From Octopus vulgaris (taxonomy: Eukaryota): DNA of 64,000 nucleotides. Both the position numbers and the translations under genes were made by a program. Shown here piece after piece: positions 54,526 to 64,000 of this stretch; the stretch's first letter is position 1; each line of letters starts with the position of its first letter. The notes beneath the pieces are model-generated. The model had not been told where the DNA came from, ran no database searches, and saw nothing but the letters and a program-made list of their open reading frames with translations. Where the stretch lies: NCBI GenBank assembly GCA_951406725.2, contig OX597815.1:59210001-59274000 (forward strand), given 5' to 3'.

Positions 54526-54643
54526 CATTGTACAGCTGTTTCTGCTTCCAATGTTTCATGGTATTGCCATTGAAAATTCTGAAAATAATATTTATCCTGT
54601 TTGGTAACTCATCTGATCTGGAACATGGAGCTTCATCAGAGTG
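54526..54643 (-). ncRNA. Hammerhead ribozyme-like motif, extended stem II
   Basis: CUGAUGA (54639-54633), 90-nt arm (GCUCCAUGUU/AACAUUGGAAGC), GAAAC AGCU GUA; stem I disrupted. Confidence 0.6.
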
Positions 54644-55704
54644 AAAAAAAATTTATGAAAGAAATGAAAAGAAAAGAAGAGCCTCGAGAAGATGAAGGGC
54701 TTAATATATTTAAATCGTACCATTTTGCATATGTATCTCTTGAGGGTGTTTAGTAAATGACTCAACTTGAAATATTAATTGGTGGGAATAACAGAGTGTA
54801 TAGGTAATAAAAAATGCAAAATGAAATATTTACCATAACGAGGTACACCAATAGGTCTAGAAAAAGATGGAGTGATAGTGCCAAAGCATTTTAAAGTAAT
54901 CATAATAGTTCTTAAATAATCATAATAGTTCTTAGTACTAATTAATAGTTTATCCTAATAAAATGCCCATCAATTAATTACAATTATTTACTTACTGATA
55001 TGTTGTAAAGCCCAACCTCCTGTTGCCCATAATGGGATTGACCAAAGTCCAACTTTCAATATCAGTTAAATTTAAAAACAAAGGGCAAGCTATTAAGATC
55101 ATTATACAGGTAGATGTAAATAGATTAATAAATAAAAATAAAATTATGGAGAATTAGTATATGTTGTAAGTGGCCCAAAACCTACTTAGGACATTGTTAA
55201 TAGAAAACAAACATGTAAATAAGCCCCATGCGAAGGAATGAACAATGCCCACAATGTCATTAAAACCTAGAGATTGGACAGTTGTGAATTAAGGCGGTTG
55301 GGGGTGAAAAAATAAGACAAATGCTTTATAAAACAGGAGTGTGAAATTAGTAGAGAAAGAAAGGAAATTAAATAGTAGGAAAAGGAATAGGGAAGGAGAT
55401 AAAGGTGTAAACTACGGTTAAAGGGAGACTACAGTTAAGGCAGTGACCCACATTCAGAAAATTATAATACAAAGTCTGATTTCTGAGCTAACAACCATAG
55501 TACCCAAGAAGTGGGCTCACTAGACAAATAAACAGTAATTGGCTAAACATTCCTAAATACATTCAGCCTAGTTGTCCTATGAAAAAGTATAAGTACAAAT
55601 CCTGAAATTAATTAAATGATTGTAATTTAATTACATGCTAATTATTATTATTGTTGCTGATGCAGTATCATACTACAGTTTGCTCAATCATACTTAATAT
55701 ATAC

Positions 55705-57011
55705 TAGCAGACATACCCGGCATTGCCCGGTTACATTCAATTGAAGAATTAGACTTTTCTGTTATATTTTCTGTAATGAACTGGAATATCTGTTTTAAAT
55801 TTCATCAAAATTGCAGATGTGTGTTATTTCCCTCTTTACACACCCTAAAAAAATTTTAATCATGCCACATGTATCCCATACTACTGATTTTTATGCGCAT
55901 ATTCCAAAATTCCAGTCTTATTGAACTTGTTAAAAAGATTTTGCTCCTGAAAAATGAAGGTCATGGAACTCTAAAATGTGAGAGTTAAGGCCCCTGTAGG
56001 AGCTGGGCATGTTAATGTCAACCAGAGAAGTTGAATTGTTGAGAATCTTTTTAACTTGGGTCTATTGTTTGAATTTCTTTGAAATAGGAAATATATGTTC
56101 ACTGGGTTTGTAAAAGAGCAAAGCTACAGGAAACCAAAAGACAAATAATCACAATAAGCAGTCAGTTACCCTGCCCTAGTCGTTACCATCCCCAATGTAG
56201 GATTACTCACCATCCAGGTGACAGGCACAGCCGTAAGATGCATTACGAATCTATAGCAATTGGAAGGGCGTAACCCAACTGAAATCAACATTAACAGCTG
56301 TGTGACATGAGGGCTGAGGAGAAATTAAAGTGTCACCTCTGGAGTTTGCAAATGACCACTGTACTGATACGTAACTGGACAGAATAAATTTATAATGTAT
56401 AAATGTCTTTGAATAACCAGTCACTCATCTGGGAAGGCCTTGAAATCAATGTTACCATCTGGGGACTATGTGTGACCCAGTGATAATAAAATGACTGAAA
56501 GGAGGTCTGCAATCAAATAAACTTTACTCAACACTTTGCAATTGAATCAGTGGAGGCAAAGATGCCTCTCATTTACTTGACAATTTATGCAGCACATTGC
56601 AGAAATCACAATGTAAGTGTATGTCAAAACAAACTGTTGCACTGTTGTACCATTGAATTAGAAATAATGCCCAACTTTTATGCTCGGGTAACCCTACAGC
56701 TTCCAAGAGCACAACTGTATTCGTCTTTGCTTAGATAAAATGACAAAATTGTGGGTGTTAAGTCCCCATGGAGGGAGGGGTCTTTCTAACTTGTAAGAAG
56801 ATGAAATTTTATAAATATTACTTCATTTGTGTCTAATATCTATGGTTAAAATTTCATCAACAGCAAAAATATATGAATTGTCATGGGGGTTATGGCCCTT
56901 ATGCATAGAATATAATTTCCAAATTTCATAAAGATCCATTTATTACCTTTGACCTAGTTTTGGATCATAAAAGAAATGACTAAAATTTAGGAGTTAAGGC
57001 TCCCATTAGGG

Positions 57012-57050
<39 letters not shown>
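55705..57050 (-). mobile_element. Helitron-like element, degenerate
   Basis: Minus-strand 3' end CCGGGCAATGCCGGGTATGTCTGCTAG|T; 5' boundary uncertain. Confidence 0.5.
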
Positions 57051-57346
57051 TAGATAGATAGATATACACACAAACACATACAAAGATAAATTGATAGATA
57101 CAACTGAGTGGGCAAACCAAAATATGAGACACAGCCTAGTGCTTTTTTTTGTTGATAAGCATGGTACTTATTTTATTAGTTTGTTCTTGTGAAACCAGTA
57201 TGTTATGTAGATGTAAATAAATGAACAGCAGTTGTGAAGCAGTGATGAGGGTGAAACACAGAGACAAAGACACACACATACACTTACATATATACATATA
57301 TATACAATTGATTTGTTTCAGTTCCTGTCTACGAAATCCATATATA

Positions 57347-60068
57347 TTGTTGTTGGCATCCTTTTTGTCTCGGGAGACAATGGAGTTGCGCATAAAATAA
57401 TCTAGTCCGGCTTTTACATTTCATGTCCTAATACATCTGCTGTGGCTGTGTAGTCCTATCCTGGACAAACACTCCGTCTGGCAGGTGCCACAAATGTAGC
57501 AAAGACTTTGCTTGGCTGGTTGTAATGTCATAGTTTCTTGTTGACGTCTTTTCTTGTCTTTCCATTTCTCCTCTCTCTCTATATCATACCTTTGTGTTCC
57601 CTCTTTTACGGTACGTCACCAATCTCCACGGTTGCTGGCAACTGCCTCCCAACCGCTAATATTGATGTTGCAAGCATTCATGTCCCTTTTGCAAACATCC
57701 TTGTATTGTAAGAACAGTCTTCCAACAGACCTAGTGTCCCTAGCAAGCTCTCCGAGGAGTATGTCCTTGGGGATTCTGCCATCTTCCATATGGCTAACAG
57801 GTCCAAGCCATCTCATACGTCTTTGTGTGAGGAGTGCAAACATGCTTGGTATTCCTGCTTGTTTGAGAACATCTTTGTTGGGGACATGATTCTGCCATTT
57901 GATGTGAAGGATTTTCCGGAGGCAGTGCAGGTGAAAGATATTTAGGCGACGCTCTTGGCGTGTGTATGGCGTCCAATTCTCACTTCAATACAGTAGAGTG
58001 CTAAGTACACATGCCTGGTAAATCTTCATTTTTGTGGTCATGGTCAGCTTATTGTTGTCCCATGCCCATTTGGAGAATTGGGCCATCACAGCAGCTACCT
58101 TGCCAATGCGTATATTGAGCTCAGCATCAAAGGATAGGTTGTAGGTGATGGTAGAGCCAAGATAGGTAAACTTCTCCACCTTCTGTAGTCTGTTGTCTCC
58201 AATATGTATGTTTGGGATATCCGATGTAGCCTGACCCAAATTATGTTGGTCTTCTTGAGGCTGATAAGTAAGCCAAAGTTGCTACATGCTTGCTCAAAAC
58301 AGTTGATGAGCCTTTGTAGGGCTTCTTGTGTGTGTGATACCAGAGCGACATCATCAGCAAATAGCATCTCCTTGATTAAGACGCTTCTGATTTTGGTCTT
58401 GGCATGCAGACGCGAGAGATTGAACAGTTCCCTGTCAGTTCTACTGTGCAGAAACACTCCATCGTCTGATGTTTCAAAGGCATGTGACAGCAGTAGCGAG
58501 AAGAAGATGCCAAATAATGCAGGAACAAGGACACAACCTTGCTTTACCCCATTTTTAATTTGGAAGGCGGCTGATGTTGAACCATTGTGCTGTATGGTGG
58601 CTTGCATATCATCATGGAAAGATTTGATGATCCTCAGCAGCTTTAGTGGACATCCCATTTTTTGGAGCAGGATGAAGAGACCTTTTCTACTTACCAAGTC
58701 AAAAGCCTTTGTCAGATCAATGAAGTCCATATATAATGGCATTTTCTGCTCTCTGGACTTCTCCTGAAGTTGGCGTATTGAAAATATCATGTCAATAGTT
58801 GATCTGCTTCTTCTAAAGCCACACTGCGATTCTGGATAAATTCGAGAAGCAAGCAGTTGCAGCCTGGACAGTATAATGCGATCAAATGCCTTTCCAACAG
58901 TGCTTAGAAGAGATATTCCACGGTAATTGTTACAATCACCACGGTCACCTTTGTTTTTGTAAAGTGTAATGATGTTAGCATCCTGCATATCCTGAGGGAC
59001 TGTACCCTATCTCAGCACTGACACAAAAGCTCATGAATATGCTGAAGCAGGATGGTGTTTTTGCTGGTTTTGATGATCTCTAAGGGGATGCCGTCTTTTC
59101 CCAGAGCCTTGTTACTTGCTAGGGAGTCAATAGCCTTGGTGAGCTCTGCAATAGATGGCAGACTGTCAAGTTTGCAAATCACTGGCAAGATCTTGACACC
59201 CTTGATTGCAGCCTCAGCTACCGGGGTCTCCCATGAGTAGAAATCCTGGTAGTACTCCACCCATCTATCCATCTGCTTGCTTTGGTCCTTGATGAGATCT
59301 CCAGTAGTTAATTTCAGAGGTGCTGACTTGGTTGCGGTTGGACAGAGGGCCTTCTTCAAACCAGCATACATCCCACGGGTGTCGCCACTGTCAGCACCTG
59401 ACTGGATACTCTGACAGATTTCCTGCCAATACCTATTTGCACAGCGTCTGGCTGCCAGTTGGGTTTTATTTCTTGCCTTTCTGAGTTCTTCGAGTGACTT
59501 TGTAGAAGAATCACTCTTGTATTGCTTCAGAGCTGCATCCTTCACTTCGATAACTGTTTCCAGCTCTGAGAGCCCTGCACTGAACCAATCTGGCTTTTGC
59601 CTTTCTCATGCCGAAAGTATCTATTGATGTGGCATACAAAGCTTCCCTGATATAATTCCACCTACTTTCAGCAGAGGAGGTTGGGCAGCTACTGAGGGCA
59701 ACCTTGATAGAAACAGCAAAACATTGTCACAGTGTAGGGTCCGAGGTTCTGGCAGTGTGAATGCGTGGTCGGCCCATTTTCTTGGAGTGATGGACTTTTT
59801 TAGGCAGTATCCTCACCCTGCTTCTTATTAGTGAATGATCTGTGTCACAATCCGTGCTGTGGTAACTACAGGTCAGTTGAACAGAATTCAGAAAGGATTT
59901 TCATGTAATGATGAGATCCAGCTGATGCCAGTGGTGAGATCTTGGATGTCTCCAAGATGCCTTGTGTGATGTGTTGTTGGCAAAGAATTTGTTAGTGATG
60001 CACAGGTTATGGTATGTGCAAAATTCAAGTAGTCTCTGACCATTGTCATTCATGTTGCCAATACCAAA
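57347..60068 (-). mobile_element. RTE (BovB-like) LINE, third family, 5'-truncated
   Basis: HWHQLDLIIT, NYRGISLLS, SQCGFR, FIDLTKAFD, GVKQGCV, LFADD; (CAA)n tail; long flanking direct repeat. Confidence 0.93.
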
Positions 60069-60279
60069 ACACATACACTTACATATATACATACATATAT
60101 ATATATACAATTGATTTGTTTCAGTTCCTGTCTACGAAATCTATATATATATACACACACACACACACACTCACACATACACACAAAGATAAATTGATAG
60201 ATACAACTGAATGGGCAAACAAAAATATGAGACACTGCGTAGTGCTTTTTTATATTTTGATAAGTCTTCTTCTTGTAAA

Positions 60280-60551
60280 ACCAGTAAGTTATGGGGATGT
60301 AAATAAACGAACACCAGTTGTGAAGCAGTGCTGAGGGAGAAACACAAAGACACACACATAGACTTACATGTATACATACATATACATACAATTGATTTCT
60401 TTCAGTTTCTGTCTACAAAATCCACTGACAAGGCTTTGGTTGGTCTGACGCTATAGCAGAAGACACATGCCAAGTTACCACACAGTGGGACTGAACTGAG
60501 GACCATGTGTTTTGGAACCAAGTTTGTTACCACACAGCCACACCTGCACCT
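60280..60551 (-). mobile_element. tRNA-derived SINE, degenerate
   Basis: Head GGTGCAGGTGTGGCTGTGTGGT..AGTTCAGTCCC; 60180-60423 also resembles 57077-57340. Confidence 0.75.
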
Positions 60552-60660
60552 ATATATATGTGTGTGTGTGGGTGTATGTGTGTAATATATGTATGCATAT
60601 ATTTATGTGTTTATATATGTGTACATATTACATGTACATCTATATATATATATATAGCTG

Positions 60661-60698
<38 letters not shown>

Positions 60699-60733
60699 TA
60701 CTTTATTTAAAGCAGCAGAAAATTCAACAAAAC

Positions 60734-60771
60734 CTGTTACTCTGAGTTTCCCATTGCCGTTCATCGGACAG
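60734..60771 (-). ncRNA. Minimal type I hammerhead ribozyme-like motif
   Basis: CUGU CCGAUGA ACGGCAAUGG GAAA CUC A GAG UA ACAG. Confidence 0.65.
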
Positions 60772-60851
60772 TTTTTGCTAGAATGGAACCAATATGTCAG
60801 GTCTATCCAGACTAGATAGAATTGACATATCGGTTTCATTCTAGCAAAAAA

Positions 60852-60889
60852 CTCTCCGATGAACGGCAACGGGAAACTCAGAGTAACAG
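60852..60889 (+). ncRNA. Minimal type I hammerhead ribozyme-like motif
   Basis: CUCU CCGAUGA A-CG-GCAA-CG-G GAAA CUC A GAG UA ACAG. Confidence 0.65.
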
Positions 60890-61026
60890 GTTTTGTTGAA
60901 TTTTCTGCTGCTTTAAATAAAGCATATTACTCTACCACTGGTATTTGAGTACTCTTTTTTCCACCTTGTTTCACATTTATGTGTTTACTCTGGTATATAT
61001 ATATATATTCATCCATATAATATACA

Positions 61027-61087
<61 letters not shown>

Positions 61088-61094
61088 TCATCCA

Positions 61095-61323
61095 TATACA
61101 TACAATATAGAGATGTTTCTGTTTCACTTTTAACATGTAAGACTGAAATAGTGGAGAAGATATGATATTGCTGTGGGCTTGCCCTAGGCTTGCCCATGAC
61201 ACCCCCTGGACCCTAAGTAAGGCATGTGTAAAATTTGAATGAAATTGGTTGTGTAGTTCTCAAGTTTTAAGGAAACACACAGACAGACAGTCAGATACAC
61301 AATCTCAGTTTCATATATATAGA
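61095..61323 (-). mobile_element. Helitron-like 5' fragment
   Basis: Reverse-complement homolog of 13860-14070; starts A|TC. Confidence 0.6.
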
Positions 61324-61831
61324 TTATTATATTATTATTATTACTAACATTGTCGATATATCAACCCCTGCTTGTGTGCATGCATATGCGCGCTACCACA
61401 ATTGCATTTCCATGCATGCATTAATATGCCTAAGAACAATAATAGTTTATAGGAAAGTGCCAACTACAATACAGAGTACAAGCAAATAAAATCTAAAGAG
61501 GTGTGGAGTTAATATTAAAATGTTAAATTTATATGGGGGTGGGGATGAAATGAGTGGTCACCAAAAAATATGAAGTAGTCCTGTGTTGACTTAAATTAGG
61601 TGCAGAATAAAATTAAGTTAAGTTAAACAAGCTAACACATGGTGTTGAAAAGTAAAGTTAGTTGCAAATAAAGCCATTGCTAATGTGGCAGGTCCAGGCT
61701 CAATTTAGGTGGGGGAATGGGTACTTGTGCTCTCTATATTCTAAATTTGGTTCATAATTAAAAGAACTGGTATTATTACAAGGGGGTGGGAAATTGTATT
61801 AAGGAGAGATAAATTGATAAATATATTTTTA

Positions 61832-62027
61832 CTGTGCAGGTGGCACGTAAAAAGCACCCACTACACTCGCGGAGTGGTTGGCGTTAGGAAGGGCATCCAG
61901 CCATAGAAACTCTGCCAGATCAGACTGGAGCCTGGAGCAGCCCCTGGCTTCCTAGACCCCGGTCAAACCATCCAACCCATGCTAGCGCGGAAAACGGACG
62001 TTAAACGATGATGATGATGATGATGAT
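61832..62027 (+). mobile_element. RTE-type 3' UTR end, inserted downstream of the PLE ORF
   Basis: CTGTGCAGGTGGCACGTAAAAAGCACCC..GATGATG. Confidence 0.85.
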
Positions 62028-62199
62028 TATATAATTTAGTTGTGTAGGAGGTGGAATTTTAAACTCCAATATGTTGGTATAGGGATATTAATGCTGGATT
62101 ACTGATAAGAGGCCTAAGTGTACAGTTCTATTAAACTAACTTTATTAGGAAGTTAATATATACCATTATTTAGTATCGAATTCTACTATTTCGATGGTG

Positions 62200-64000
62200 A
62201 AGAGTCCCTAATACTATTTAGAGAAGGTAAACTTACCTTTGTGCAGGCAAGCAATATTTCACTCTTCCATCAAGTTAAGTATGAAAAATTTCTCATTGAT
62301 GCACAGATGGCATTTCTTTTTGTACGAAGGTGTGGATGCAAGGGATTTCCATTCTAAAACAAATCTAATATCTTTATCTTTAAGCTCCCGAATATTTTTA
62401 CATAATCTGATAGAGTTAATCTTATTTCTATTTCTGAAAGTGTGTTGGTTTGCAGCTAATCTTTGTTTCATTTCATTTTGGGTTCCTTCTATGTATATCT
62501 TTTTACTAAACTGCATTGTGACTGCGCACTGATAAATTTCATCTTTTCTTTTACAAGTATTTCCAAGGGTGCAATAAAATTTATTTCTACAGTCACATAG
62601 GTTGCACTGTAGGGGAGAATTACTTACTAGTGGGTTGGTGTTAGGTGTATTATGATTGATAGGGTTATTATGGTTGTCAATGTTATCATTACTAGGTTTG
62701 GGGTCGTTATGGGGATATTTTCATTCTTACTATTGTTGTTATTGTTTTTATTGTTACTTCTATCTAAATAAAAAAATGTTTAGTTTTTTATTATTTAGGG
62801 AGGAAATGATGCTAGCTAAGTTACTATTAATAATTTCCAAATACCTGCTATTCTTATCAGAGTATTTATTTATAATTTTAAATATTAATTTAGCTAAGTC
62901 TATTTTAATTTGCATAGCATATGGGAGTATTGGCCAATTGATATCTTTCATTCTTTCAGTTATCTTGCTGTACAACACAATTTTATTGCTGTTAGAGTGA
63001 TGCATGTGATGTTTATGTTTATTAGTATTTATTTTATTATAAGAGTTATATGCATCAATACTGCCATTGTGGTACTAGTACTGGGTTTCTGCTGATAATG
63101 TTTTTAGTTATTTTTGTTTTCATTGTGATTAGTGACACTATTGGTATCTTTCATGCTTTGCTTAGTTCTCATCATTTAATTATTAGTTATATTTCTATTA
63201 TTATTCTTGTTCTTCTTGGTGTTGCAAGTTTCATTCTTGTTAATGTCATGGACTATAAGTTTCTCTGCTTTATTACTTAAAAGGCAGATTTCTATATTCT
63301 TTATTATTGCTATAAATGTTATCAATATTGTCCTTATTCCTTGTTTTTTTATATGGGATATATTTAATTTCACTTCTGTAACCTGCTTCTTTTAGTGCAT
63401 TATTGTATTTATCTTGATGTTTTTTGAATAAGTTCTCATTAGAAGAGAGATCAATTCTTTTACTAATGCTTTTTATAAAAGCCTTTTTTATAGATTGTGG
63501 ATGATTACTTTGATAGTTAATATATTTTAAGTTAGAGTTAGGTTTCATGTAATCTGGTATCTAAATTACTGTTAACGTCTAGGTGGTTGATTGAATAGTT
63601 TTCATTCACTATAGTGATAGAAAGGCCGAATGTATTGAAAAATTTGTACAGGTGTCTTTTTAAGCAATTCTAGGTGTCTGTTAGTCTAATTGTAAAAAGT
63701 GTGTCGTCCCTGTAGAGTCCCCTATGAAATTCTTGGAATTCCTTATTAATGTTGTCTAATAGATATATTCCCACAAGGTCGGTCATTTCCGCTGAGTCTG
63801 GAGATCTCATTGTTATATCAAAGAAATTAGGGGTGTCCTTTCTTACCCTCAATTTATCAAAATGAATAATAGATTTTCAGGCCGTGATGATTACATTGAT
63901 TTCTTTCAACTGATCTTAGTATAGTTCTTGGTGGTATTTGTGGATAGATAGCTAGAGGAGATGTGTATGCTTAGAATGAGGAGATAAGTCAAAATGAAAA
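62200..64000 (-). mobile_element. Penelope-like retroelement (Naiad-like), decayed, runs off the window
   Basis: DITMRSPDSAEMTDLVG..GLYRDD; YINYQSNHP; CDCRNKFYC linker; IYIEGT..KQRLAANQHTF..EWK..CHLCINEKFFIL. Confidence 0.88.

Larger units (their letters stand above)
60701..60922. repeat. Inverted pLTR-like repeat with a hammerhead in each arm
   Basis: ~100-bp arms around TCTATC-CAGACTA-GATAGA; few mismatches. Confidence 0.9.

Noticed and set aside
56540-56720. Faint resemblance to Pif1/Helitron helicase C-terminal motifs (KSQ, G..Y...SR)
   Set aside because: Needs several frameshifts and is opposite in orientation to the nearby Helitron 3' end; unsupported without a profile search.

Overview
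Eukaryotic, AT-rich, transposon-saturated DNA. The repeat repertoire (tRNA-headed SINEs with an internal microsatellite, RTE and CR1-group LINEs, kb-long (TA)n tracts) most resembles an octopus/coleoid cephalopod genome; this is inference. No complete host gene is present. Two small exon candidates (24754-24799, 25335-25400, + strand) and a promoter-like patch near 20.87 kb suggest much of the window is intronic. The rest is nested mobile DNA: three RTE-clade LINE families, five CR1-group LINE copies (one with an ORF1 carrying a Myb/SANT-like domain and a CCCH finger), Penelope-like elements (RT plus GIY-YIG, Naiad-like motifs), two TTAA-flanked piggyBac deletion derivatives, non-autonomous Helitron-like elements and SINEs. 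The main signal missed by the ORF track is RNA structure: nine type I hammerhead ribozyme-like motifs from about six unrelated repeat families, including a back-to-back inverted pair and recurrent CCGANGA core variants; a highly structured RTE 5' leader; and a tandemly repeated pseudoknot-like unit in an RTE 3' UTR. All structures and alignments were read by eye, and element boundaries are approximate unless termini are quoted.
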